From Pelagomonas calceolata (taxonomy: Eukaryota), in contig CAKKNE010000006.1 in NCBI GenBank assembly GCA_918797485.1, forward strand, positions 1,612,001-1,676,000: a stretch of DNA of 64,000 bases, given 5' to 3'. The translations under genes were made by a program, and so were the position numbers. Below, in pieces: positions 1 through 10,254 of the stretch. The notes under the pieces were generated by a model. The model searched no databases. It was not told where the DNA came from and was given only the letters and a program-made list of their open reading frames with translations. Within the stretch, counting starts at the first letter, position 1. Each line of letters begins with the position of its first letter.

Positions 1-607
1 TGCCGCTTTTTGCCCGGCGTCTCGACAACCCAGAACCACTCATTAGCAAAGCATTTTTGTTTGTCGATGTCATAAGTTCGCGTTTCGATCACTTTTGAGC
101 CGTCGAGCAGCATCGGCGCCCAGGGGCGCTGCACGTTCAGCCCCCGCAGCGTAGCCCGGGTCGGCCGCAGCTGTACGTCGCCGCGAGTCCACGACGGCGG
201 GCCCGCGGCGGTGGCTTTGCTCTTCTTCGATGGCGGTCCTTTGCCGCGCTTGCGAGTTGTTTGCTGTGGGAGCGCGGGGGGCTGTGATTGCTCAAGCGAT
301 GCCTTGATTGCAAGGCGGAGACTAGCCATAATATGTGCTGCGTGCGCGATGTGAGATAAGGGGGCGATCAAGCAGGCGAATCCACAGGCGAATCCACAGC
401 AAGTTGTGTTGTAAGTACCGTAGGTACCACCATGTATCCTTTTTTTATATATCTGTCTTACCAAAGGCGGCGGTGGTGCGAACAGAACGCGCTCGTACCC
501 GGGGCAGCGCCGGCGGAGGAGTTCCTCGTGGTAGCCCACAGCGCGCCCTTACGTTTACCGCGGCAGCAAGGGTGGTAAGCAAAGAACACAGCGAAGTCCT
601 GTCGACG

Positions 608-1858
608 ATGGAGGCGACGCTGCTCCCGCCGGCGGGCAAAGCCGCCGACCCCTACGCGTGCATCGGCACGAAGAACGCCAAGCACGTCCAGAACTGCCTC
701 GAGCTGTACATGAACGACCGGGGCATCGACTACCTCCCCGAGGGCGTCTTCGAGCGCTTCATCGACCTGAAGTATCTGTGGCTCATGCGCAACAACCTCG
801 CCAAGCTGGAAAATTTAGACGAGAACTTTCGCCTGCACTGCCTCTATCTCTCCAAGAATCGCCTCACGACCTTCGTCGACTCGTCGCTCGCGAAACTCAA
901 GAACCTCGAGGAGCTCCACGCGAGCGACAACCAGCTGACGGACCTGCACGAGCACATCGAGGTGCTGAAGAAGTTGCGTCGTTTGAAACGCCTCGACCTC
1001 AAGGGCAACCCGCTGGCCCACGAGACGAAGTACCGGCTGCACGTGATCAAGCACATGCCCTGGCTGGAGGAGCTCGACCTGGTGACGGTGACGGACGCCG
1101 AGCGCGCCAAGGCGCGGCGCGTGACGCGGCCGACGTTCGACGCGACGCAGCCGCCGCCCCCGCAACTCACGGAAGAGGAGCGGCGCGCCGCGGCCGAGCG
1201 CGAGCGCGAGCGCGCGGAGAAGGCCGAAAGGCGGGCGGCCCGCGCGCTCGCGCCGATCAAGCGCCGCGTGCTCGAGAAGCGGATCCTGCTGCGACCGCAC
1301 TGGGCCGAGGACGATCGAAGGAAGCGCGGGCTTATCAATCGGGCCAAGTTCGAGCAAGTCCTCCGCATCTACGCGCTGTGGCCCGAGCGGGACCGGGACG
1401 TCAAGGCCCTCGTGGCGACCTATGCGGCCGGCGACGACGACATGGAATACGTGCGGTTCTGCAAGGACGTCGAGCCGCGCGGCCACCGGGGCCGCGACCC
1501 CTACATCCGGGAGCTGCTCGAGGCGGAGGCGAACGCGAGGCCGTGCCCCGAGGTCTCGGTGTGCATGCGCATGGCGCTGAACAAGGCCGCCAAGATTCGG
1601 CGGCGCCGCGCGGAGGCCGAGGAGGCGGCGAAGCTGGCGCTCCTGGGGCAGGGCCCGGCCGTCGCGGCGACCGAGCCCGGCGCGCCAGTGCGGGGGACGG
1701 CGCGGCCGCCCTGCGACGTCTTCACGCAGTTCGTCTACCCCGAGGCGGCCGGCGCGCAGCCCGTGACCAACACGCAGCAGTACTCCGACGGGCGCGAGGG
1801 GTTTTCTCGGAGGGGGCGGCCGCCGCCCGTCCCGTCGACCCGGACAATAACTCTCTAA
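608..1858 (+). CDS. SDS22-type leucine-rich repeat protein (LRRC72-like) with LRRcap and a C-terminal EF-hand-like region
   Basis: ATG at 608 in the long ORF; LxxLxLxxNxL repeats (LKYLWLMRNNL, LHCLYLSKNRL, LKRLDLKGNPL), cap YRLHVI..MPWLEELD, and DDDMEYVRF. Confidence 0.75.
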   Translation: MEATLLPPAGKAADPYACIGTKNAKHVQNCLELYMNDRGIDYLPEGVFERFIDLKYLWLMRNNLAKLENLDENFRLHCLYLSKNRLTTFVDSSLAKLKNLEELHASDNQLTDLHEHIEVLKKLRRLKRLDLKGNPLAHETKYRLHVIKHMPWLEELDLVTVTDAERAKARRVTRPTFDATQPPPPQLTEEERRAAAERERERAEKAERRAARALAPIKRRVLEKRILLRPHWAEDDRRKRGLINRAKFEQVLRIYALWPERDRDVKALVATYAAGDDDMEYVRFCKDVEPRGHRGRDPYIRELLEAEANARPCPEVSVCMRMALNKAAKIRRRRAEAEEAAKLALLGQGPAVAATEPGAPVRGTARPPCDVFTQFVYPEAAGAQPVTNTQQYSDGREGFSRRGRPPPVPSTRTITL

Positions 1859-2272
1859 ATAGACTGTTCGGTCACGCAGTCCCCGCGGCGGGTCGTGGCT
1901 AGGCGGCCTCGCTCTAAGAAAAGCAGACTAATATCTAAGACTAATAGATAAAGTTCGCGGTGGAGGCAAGTCAGGTAGCGCACCGTAAACTTGAAGGGCG
2001 AACCCGCTTTGCTTGCCAACCCGTATACGTCTCTGCGTCGAGGTCTCCCGGCACGCTACTCGTCCACGGTGACAAAATCGTGCGCGGAGGGCCAGGCGCC
2101 GAAACGCCATTCTAGTTCGCAATTTCGTTGGGCTCCATAAAAGGCGGCATGAGAAGCGATTGCCGCGGCCGCGGGCAGCGCGCAGACGACGCAGCGGCCC
2201 ACCAGTGCCAGCAATGCAGTTCTCGTAGGACGCGCGTGCCTAGCGCGGCGCCGTGATAGCTGCCCCAAAGCA

Positions 2273-4479
2273 ATGGAACCCAAAGCAATGGTCCTCGTCG
2301 CAGCAGCAGCCCTCCTCCGGTGGGCAGCAGCGCTTGACTGCAACTGCTCGGCGCCGCCGGCGAACCTGCACGCGTACGACTCGTTAATTATCGGAGACGC
2401 GACGGCGACCGCGTACGGCCGGGAAGCGGCCCGCATAAACCTAAACTTGAGCCGGGTGCTGGCCGCGTTTCCGAACGCCGGCAACGAAGACGCGTGCGCC
2501 ACGTCCGCGGGGCTGGTCGCGTGCCTCGACCCCTATTTGGCGCGGTCCTGGCGCGCCGTCCACGTCAATTACGGCCGCGAGGACGCGCGACGCAACGTCT
2601 CCGCGGCGGACTACGCGCGGAACCTCGAGACGCTCCGCGACATGCTCCTGGCGCGGACGACGTGGAAGCTCACGTGGGCGTCGAGCGTCCCGCGCGGCGT
2701 TCCGGACGTCCGGCGCCTCGACGCCGCCGCGGAGCGCGTCTTCGCGCGGAACGCGTCGTTCGACGACCTCTCCGCCGTCCTGGACACGAACTGCCGGCTG
2801 GAAAACGGGTCGGGCTACCCGGAGACGGCCGGCTGCCCGCGGCTGCAGCGCGGCGACGGCGCGCTAAAGCAACGCGGTGCATACCTGCTCGGCCTGAACG
2901 TCGCCGCGAGTACGCTTGCGATCTCGGCGGCGGCGGCCGAGATCAACGACGTCCACGACGAGGGCGGGTCGTCGTCGAGCGACGGCGACGAGGGGCTGCC
3001 CGAATGGGCGGTCGTCGGGATATCGTACTCGACGTGTCTGCTCTTCGTCGGCGTCGCGGGCACAGTCGCGCTCTTTTGGCGGCGGCGGAAGCGCCGACGT
3101 ATCGACGACGACGAGGCGCTCCTGGAACCGTTACTAGTGGAAAACTCGCAACGCACGCACGGCGTCGTGTTCGACCAAAGAAGCGCGCGCGTGCACGAGG
3201 GCGGCAAGGTCATGTGTGGAGGCTGGTGCTCGATCTGCGTTCTACTGGCGGCGTTTTGGACCGTCCTGCTTTTGTATCACTTCCCGCTGCACCAGGAGGG
3301 CGACCACAATTGCGCCTCGCGGTGCCCGGCCGACGCGAACGTGCTGTTCGGCGACAACGCGGTAGACGCAAATTATTCGAAGCCGAATTTGCTTTTCGTC
3401 GGAGACTCGATCTCGGGCCAGATCGAGCCGCAGGCGCGACGGCTCCTCGCGGCGCACGACCTGGGCACGACGCTCTTCGCGAGCACGGGCAAGGACGGGT
3501 ACTGCGGCACGAGCGTCGGGCTCCTCGCCTGTGTCGACCCCTACCTGGCCGCGGGCAACTTCACGGTAGCGCACGTGAACTGGGGCATGCGCGACATCGC
3601 CTGGAAGATGTACGCCAAGGTGACCCGGGGCGCGTACGCCGCGCACATGGAGACGCTCTACTGGAAGCTGCGGAGCTCGATGCCGCCCAACGCCACCATC
3701 ATCTGGGCCACGACGACCCCCGTGCCGTCCTTGTCTGTGTGGAAATCGAAATTCGGGCGCCCCACGCCATCGATGCGACGTCGTCGCCAAAAACTGCATC
3801 TGCTCGATGGCGTGGAGTTTTCAGGCCATCGACGCGACACTGTCCCCGTGACCGCGTCGGCTCGATGGCGTGGAGGTTCACGATGGTCCACGCAATATTT
3901 CTCAGGATAACCTAACTCTCTGGTTGATTTCCACACAGGCCCTCGTACAATAACCGGAAGAACTCGGACGTGCTCGAGGTGAACGACATCATCCGGAGCC
4001 TCTTCGGGCCGGCCGGCAAGTACCGGGAGGTGATCATCAACGACCAGTACGGCACGCTCGTCGACGCGTGCGCGTCGCGGCGCAACGCGTCGGACTGCTT
4101 CCCGGAGACGTGCGACTGCCCTGAAGTGCACAAGCACGAGGACATTCACTTGTCGGAGCTGGGCGCCCGGGCGCTGGGCGTCGCCGCGGCGGCCAAAGTC
4201 GCGACGTATCGAGCCGGGCACTTCGTGCAAACCGCACCCTGGACGGACCGTCGCGACACGCGCGACCGCGATACGTGGCAGTCGCAGCTGACCGCCTGGC
4301 AGCTTGCGCTGCTTTTCCAGGCGATGCTCGTGGTCTTTGCGATCGCCGCGGTGGGGTGCTGCCTCGGCTTCGCGCATCGACGGCGGCGCGCCGCCGTGAC
4401 GCCGTCGGCGACCTACGGTGCCTTCGACGCCTTCGACAAGCTATTCACGCCGCCCGCGGTGCCGACGTCGGTGTTTTAG
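2273..4479 (+). CDS. Secreted/membrane protein with two SGNH-hydrolase-like domains; exons 2273-3726 and 3939-4479
   Basis: Signal peptide; IIGDA and LLFVGDSIS blocks, VNYG/VNWG..D, WATTTPVP, EDIHLS; removing intron 3727-3938 joins the two ORFs in frame (TPVP-PSYNNRKN); TM helices. Confidence 0.7.
3727..3938 (+). mobile_element. Introner element (212-nt GT-AG intron)
   Basis: Perfect TIRs CTGTGTGGAAATC (3735-3747) and GATTTCCACACAG (3926-3938); 8-bp TSD gtccttgt/gccctcgt (6/8); splicing restores the frame. Confidence 0.9.
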
Positions 4480-4851
4480 GGCACGTGTTCGTCTCCTCGT
4501 TTGAGTAATATCCTCCATTTGGTGCATTGTTTCCACTTACCTAATATTATCACCTCCAGGACTCGGACTCGGAGGGGATCTGGGTTAGAACTTCCGCCGA
4601 GCCGCCGCGAGGGTACGTCCTTGGGCCCCTATCCGTCTATATTTGGTCTCGGTGGACAACCATGGTGAGTTTGAATCTGGTGTCTCATTTACTTCTCGCT
4701 ATCGAGGCTGCGAACTGGCTAGCGGTTCGGCAGAACTTCTTGTTCAGACGCCTAAGTACCATGGGAGGGCTATTTTGCGACGGTTGACTTAAGGGCGGCG
4801 CTTTTTGCACGAAAGGGGGACAGGGGTCGATCGCGCCTTCGATGGGGACGA

Positions 4852-7503
4852 CTAGGCGGCGAGGAGGGCCGCGGCGGCGAGGCCGGCGGCGAGCATGGTC
4901 GGGGCGACGTGGCCGGCGGCGTCGGCGGCGCCGAGGGCCGCGCTGCACGTGCCGGACTCGGCCTTGCCGTTGGCGGTGAGCCAGTCCTTCATCGTGAGGA
5001 TCTGGTGCGACTGGACCGAGACGATGTCCCAGAGCATGTCGTCGATGGCGCAGTCCGCGCAGCCGCCATCGTCGTCGAGACGGCGGCCCTCGCCGCGGAG
5101 CTTGCGGCGCGAGAGCGTCAACGCGTTCTGCTTCATCAATAACTTCGCCATATTGACCGCGTTCTCGTGGTGCGGGATCATCTGCCACATGAAAGAAACG
5201 ACGTCGTTCGAGTCGAGCGTCGTCTTCATGTTGTAGTCCATGGCGCAGTCCATCGAGCTCAGGCAGTCGCCGAACGAGCCGCTCGGGGTCGCAGCGGTAG
5301 TGCACACGAAGTGCTCGTTGCCGCACGCGCCCTTGGACGTCTGGAACGCATCGATACCGTACGAGCCGCACGACTTGTCGTAGGTCGTGGGGGTCTTGTA
5401 GTAGTCGGCCGGCAGCGTCGTCGCGGCGGTCTTCGTCGACACGACGGCGCCGGTGGTCGCATCAGCGATCTTGATGATGCCGCTCATGCCCGCGTGGATG
5501 TGGCAGAAGTAGAACATGTCCGTCGCATAGGCCGTGTCTGTGATCGTGAGCTCGACCTTGTACTTCGTCGCGAGCCAGTCGCCCTTCGGGATGAAGAACT
5601 CCGGTTCGTAGTTGTCGAGGCCGAAGTCGTCGCCGCCGACGGGCGTGGCCGCTGTGTTGTCGTACGTCGTGCCGGCGAAGACGTTGTCCTTGAAGTATCT
5701 CGGCGCCTGGCACGTGTTGCCGGCGGCGCAGGCGTCGCCGGTCGTCTGCGTGATGCCGGGCTCGAGCTCGTCGACGCCCGCGTGGGCGCCGTCGGGGAAG
5801 TAAGCCATGCCGAGCGGGTGGTACCAGTTGCTCGCGTCGCTCTGGTCGAAGATGTACTTGACGCCCCGCTTCATCGAGATGACAGGCATGGCGACGTCGC
5901 CGCACTCGTTGAACTTGTAGTAGCCCGACGGACCCGCGTGCGGGTCGACCGTGGCGGTGAACGTGCACTCGGTGCCGGCCGTGTTACAGTTCGTCGTCAC
6001 GCAGGGGTCGGCCTCCGTGCCCGCGCCCGTGCCCGCGTGCCCGGTCAGGCGCCGCGGCGCCTCGACGGCGGGCGCGACGCGGAGGTTCGGGGTGGAGAGC
6101 ATGCGGTGGCTGTGCGTGCACGTGGCGCTTTCGGGCTTGGAGTTGGCGGCGAGCCAGTCCTTCATCGTGATGACCTGGTGGCCCTGCACGACGATGATCG
6201 ACCAGAGCATGTCCTCGATGGCGCAGTCCGCGCAGCCGCCGTCGTCGTCGAGGCGGCGGCCCTCCTCGCGGAGCTTGCGGCGCGTGATCGTGAGCGCGTT
6301 CTGCTTGAGGAGGAGTTTGGCCATGTTGATCGCGTTCTCGTGGTGCGGGATCATCTGGTGCATGAATGAGGCGACGTCGCTCGCCGTGTCCAGGGTCGTC
6401 ATCATTTCCGTGTCCATCTGGCAGTCCATCGCCTTGAGGCAGTCGCCGAACGAGCCCTCGGCGAGCGTTCCGGTGTGGCACAGGAACTCCTCGTCGGTAC
6501 ACGTGGCGCCCGACTTGTACGACGTGGAGCCGCCGTCGAGGCCGTAGGTGCCGCACGACTGGTCGTAGGTTGACGGCGTCATGTAGTAGGTGGCCGGGTC
6601 GAACACAGACGTGGCGTGGGCGGTCGAGACGGCGGCCGCCGAGGAGTCGAGGACCTTGATGACGCCGCTCATGCCCGCGTGGATGTGGCAGAAGTAGAAC
6701 AAATCCTTGGCGTAGGTCGTGTCCGTGACTGTGAGCGCGACGAAGTACAGATTCTCGGACCACTGGTCCTTGGGGTAGAAGAACTCCGGCTCGTAGACGT
6801 CGAGGCCGAAGTCGTCGCCGCCGACGGGCGTGGCCGCCGTGTTGTCGTACGTCGTGCCCGTGAAGACGCCGTTCTTGTAGTACATCGGCGCCTGGCACGT
6901 GTTGCCGGCGGCGCAGGTGGTGCTGCCGCCGGTCTGCGCGATGCCGGGCTCGAGCTCGTCGACGCCCGTGTGCGCGCCGTCGGGGAAATAAGCCATGCCG
7001 AGCGGGTGGTACCAATTGCTCCCGTCGGCCTGGTCGAAGACGTACGTCGAGCCCTGCTTCATCGCGATGACGGGGTTGGCGACGTCGCCGCACTCATCAA
7101 ACTTGAAGTAGCCCGTCGGGCCCGCGAACGGGTCGATCGTGGCGGTGTACTTGCAGGTCGTCTCGTAGGGGTTGCTGACGGCGCCGTAGCCTGCCGCGCA
7201 GTTCGTGCCAGTCTCCAACGACGCGGGGCAGCCGCCCTCGCACATGCAGCAGCCGCCGGTGAGCGTCGTCGAGGGGTAGTGGTGGCCACTTGCCGCGGTA
7301 CAAGTCGCCTCGTCGACGTTACACGTCCAGCTGCCGTGCGCGCCACCTGCGCCGTAGCAAACGCCCTTGCTGAGCGCGTAGCGGACGTCGCAGTTAGTCG
7401 TGTGGCAGGGGTCGGCGTCCGTGCCCGAGCCCGTGCCCTGCACCGTCGCGGCGGCGCCGCGGGCGGCGGCTGCCAATACCAGGATGAGCTTAGCTGGTGT
7501 CAT
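4852..7503 (-). CDS. Secreted, probably GPI-anchored protein with two repeats of [cupredoxin-like + DUF305/CopM ferritin-like] and an inserted Cys-rich module
   Basis: Signal peptide; duplicated NWYHPLG...YFCHIHAGM (type-1 Cu-like ligands); QMIPHHENA(I/V)NMA (DUF305 HH motif) twice; hydrophobic C-terminus. Confidence 0.8.
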   Translation of the reverse strand: MTPAKLILVLAAAARGAAATVQGTGSGTDADPCHTTNCDVRYALSKGVCYGAGGAHGSWTCNVDEATCTAASGHHYPSTTLTGGCCMCEGGCPASLETGTNCAAGYGAVSNPYETTCKYTATIDPFAGPTGYFKFDECGDVANPVIAMKQGSTYVFDQADGSNWYHPLGMAYFPDGAHTGVDELEPGIAQTGGSTTCAAGNTCQAPMYYKNGVFTGTTYDNTAATPVGGDDFGLDVYEPEFFYPKDQWSENLYFVALTVTDTTYAKDLFYFCHIHAGMSGVIKVLDSSAAAVSTAHATSVFDPATYYMTPSTYDQSCGTYGLDGGSTSYKSGATCTDEEFLCHTGTLAEGSFGDCLKAMDCQMDTEMMTTLDTASDVASFMHQMIPHHENAINMAKLLLKQNALTITRRKLREEGRRLDDDGGCADCAIEDMLWSIIVVQGHQVITMKDWLAANSKPESATCTHSHRMLSTPNLRVAPAVEAPRRLTGHAGTGAGTEADPCVTTNCNTAGTECTFTATVDPHAGPSGYYKFNECGDVAMPVISMKRGVKYIFDQSDASNWYHPLGMAYFPDGAHAGVDELEPGITQTTGDACAAGNTCQAPRYFKDNVFAGTTYDNTAATPVGGDDFGLDNYEPEFFIPKGDWLATKYKVELTITDTAYATDMFYFCHIHAGMSGIIKIADATTGAVVSTKTAATTLPADYYKTPTTYDKSCGSYGIDAFQTSKGACGNEHFVCTTAATPSGSFGDCLSSMDCAMDYNMKTTLDSNDVVSFMWQMIPHHENAVNMAKLLMKQNALTLSRRKLRGEGRRLDDDGGCADCAIDDMLWDIVSVQSHQILTMKDWLTANGKAESGTCSAALGAADAAGHVAPTMLAAGLAAAALLAA

Positions 7504-8304
7504 TGTACCGTAACTTCCGCGAGATGTTTTACCGCGCAGCGGGGCAGCCTTCGGGGGGCAGCGGGGCTCTCTTGAGGGCCGGGGGCGGCGACGGGGGCGA
7601 CGCAGTGGCGGCGAACAGCGGCCTTTTGCTCGGCCTGTTCATGCACGTGCGAGACCCAAGGCTGAAGTCCAAAAGTGACTATTATTGAGGCGCGCACTTC
7701 GACCCAGAAGGCCGCGACACAGTGCTCTGAAGAATGCTGCGAGAGCGGGTCTAGGCCTCAAACCGCCAAAAGGTCATGTCGCTGAGACACTGGCCCTAAG
7801 ACCCGATCGATTGAGACTTGGGACGTGAAGGCCCTCAAAATCCACTTCCCAGGCTTGCAAGGGATGTTGAGTTATTCCAGGGATTTTCCGGATGAGTTTC
7901 ACGAATGTACCGCATGCGGTACATTAGTATCGTCCTCGGACTTGGCCCTGGGGTAATGATCCCCGGAGGACGGGCAGCACGGGCGAATGGGACAACGTGG
8001 TGGCCCACCGCCCGAGGCTTCTTGCCCAGAAGTAGCCCGAGGGACTGGCTCGCACCCGTTTCGGTCACAATCGGAGGCCGTGATCTTGGACCACGGGCGG
8101 GTATAGCCGAAGCGCAGACGTACGTCCGGGAATCGGGATACGTGCACACCTTGGGGGGGGGGCGGTTTTTTAGGCGCTAGCGGCCTAGGCCCGTACAGGT
8201 AAGACACTAGGCATCCCTAGAGCTATGCTTAGCAGTGCGCTATCCGATGGCTGCCCCTCGTACGAGACAGGCCCGCTAGTGCTGTCCGATCCGCGCGGGA
8301 CGCC

Positions 8305-10122
8305 ATGATGTGGGGCACTTCTCCCTCGACCACGACCTTTAGCTCGCGCGCGGTAGTCGTCGACGACATAGCCCTCGAGGAGCCGGCGGACGGCGGCACG
8401 CTGGACGAGGAGTGCGTCGTCTTGGACGAGGACGGGCGCTTCGACGCCTACAAAGAGGTGTGGCAGCCGTTCGACGAGGAGAAGCGCCTCGACTTGAGGA
8501 GGCATGCGCGCATCGCCGGCGCGGAGACCGCCAGGGACGCGTTGCAGGGTCTGGAGGACCTCACGGGCCTCTTCGACGAGTCGGACGGCTACGACGACGC
8601 CTCCCTCGACCTGGGCGACAACGAGCTGGGCACGCGCGGGGTGGACGACCAGCCGCGCATGAAGGGCGTGGGCCACTTCGTGCCGCCGCCGCCGCTGACG
8701 GTCTTCGTGGCCGAGAACATCATCACGAACTGCGACTGGGGCTTCGCCGGCCTCGGGCTGAGCGACAACGACCTCGGCGCGCGGTCGCAGCTGGGCCTGC
8801 AGAAGCTCGCGGAGGGCGTGGGCGCGCGGCTGGGCGCCGCGGCGCGCGAGGGCCACCTCCCCGGGTTCACGCACCTGCGCTGGCTGGACCTCAGCGGAAA
8901 CCTGTTGCTGGGGGCCGACGGCATGCGCAACACCGGCCTGGCCGCCTTGACGCAGGCCCTCGAGGGCGCGCCGGCGCATACGGCCCATCTGGAGAAGCTC
9001 TGCCTCGGGCGCAACGCACTGCACGAGGCCGCGTGCGCCTTCGTCGCGCAGATGTTGGACGCCCCCGGCCTCGCCGCGCTGCGAGCCCTGGACCTGTCCG
9101 ACAACTACCTCGGCCAGGACGCGGCGGGGCGGGCCGCGCCGTCGGGCCTGGTGGCCCTGGCGGCGGCGTGCGGACGCCATTATAGTTTGACGGGCTTGGA
9201 TCTCAGCCGGAACGGCGGTTTTGACGATGCCGCGGCCGTGGCCATCGTCGACCGCTGCACGGAGAAGCCGATCGGCGGCGGCGGTATCCAACGGATAAGA
9301 CTGGGCGGCAACCCGCTCTGCGGCGCGCGGACCGCGCGGCGCCTCGCGCGGGCGTGCGAACTGTCGCGGACACTACTCGACGCGGACCTCTGCGACCTGG
9401 ACCTGCCGCGGCCGGCGCTCTACGATCTTTGCGACGCGCTGCCGCGGTGCTTGAGCCTGCGGGGGCTGGACCTGAGCGGCAACTGGCGGTGCTTCGCCGG
9501 GGACGAGCCTTTACTCCAGGATCCGCGCTACCGGCGGAGTCCCAGCGAGGCGTTGCTCGACGCGTTGCGGCGGAACTGCGCGTTGATGCAAGTACGGTTA
9601 AGTCGGTGCGACGTCGACCCCGACGCCATGCGCGCGATCGGTCGGTGCCTCCGCGCGAACAGATGCCTGCCGGACCTCATCAAACGGCCGGTGCGGTGGC
9701 AATTAGAAAGCAGCGGCGACGCGAAGAGCGAGTTACTCCGGAAGGTGTGCTTCCTGGATTCTGATATCCAGCAGCTGCTGCGGTCGAACCTGAGCTTTCT
9801 CAGGGATTCGGCCGCGTCGGACGTCGTCGACGCGGTCGCGCCGCCGTCGCACAAGTGCCTCATGACGAACGACCCCGCTTCCTTCCTGAAGCTCAACGAC
9901 CGGAACTGGATGCGCAAGTTCGCCGCGCGGCGCATCCAGGCGACGTGGTTGGCCAAGCACGCGCCCCCCGCGCCGACCGGCGACGGCCCGACCGAGGCCG
10001 AGCTCGCCTACGAGGCGTCGCTGGCGGAGCACCAGCGGCTGACGGGCCATTCCGGCGGCGCGTTTCTGCCGCCGACGGGGCAGCGGAAAAGCTCGTCGCG
10101 GCGGCGCGGGCGGCGGCGCTAA
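8305..10122 (+). CDS. RNI-like leucine-rich repeat protein with a C-terminal IQ-like motif
   Basis: LRWLDLSGN, LEKLCLGRN, LRALDLSDN, LTGLDLSRN repeats; AARRIQATW. Confidence 0.7.
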   Translation: MMWGTSPSTTTFSSRAVVVDDIALEEPADGGTLDEECVVLDEDGRFDAYKEVWQPFDEEKRLDLRRHARIAGAETARDALQGLEDLTGLFDESDGYDDASLDLGDNELGTRGVDDQPRMKGVGHFVPPPPLTVFVAENIITNCDWGFAGLGLSDNDLGARSQLGLQKLAEGVGARLGAAAREGHLPGFTHLRWLDLSGNLLLGADGMRNTGLAALTQALEGAPAHTAHLEKLCLGRNALHEAACAFVAQMLDAPGLAALRALDLSDNYLGQDAAGRAAPSGLVALAAACGRHYSLTGLDLSRNGGFDDAAAVAIVDRCTEKPIGGGGIQRIRLGGNPLCGARTARRLARACELSRTLLDADLCDLDLPRPALYDLCDALPRCLSLRGLDLSGNWRCFAGDEPLLQDPRYRRSPSEALLDALRRNCALMQVRLSRCDVDPDAMRAIGRCLRANRCLPDLIKRPVRWQLESSGDAKSELLRKVCFLDSDIQQLLRSNLSFLRDSAASDVVDAVAPPSHKCLMTNDPASFLKLNDRNWMRKFAARRIQATWLAKHAPPAPTGDGPTEAELAYEASLAEHQRLTGHSGGAFLPPTGQRKSSSRRRGRRR

Positions 10123-10254
10123 GTGTGTCTACTAGTACTAGCCTGAGTACTTCCCTGGGCTCGGGCCGGGGAACGTGACCGCCACTAATCCCGCCACTGA
10201 CCAGGTCTAGAGACCGGGTCCACTGGCACTGGCAGATCCACACAAAGGCAACAA

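Noticed and set aside
1..330. Possible 5' end of a minus-strand gene
   Set aside because: No convincing ORF or motif inside the window
7700..8300. Short ORFs in the lower-GC intergenic stretch
   Set aside because: No codon bias or motifs; cannot support coding or ncRNA status
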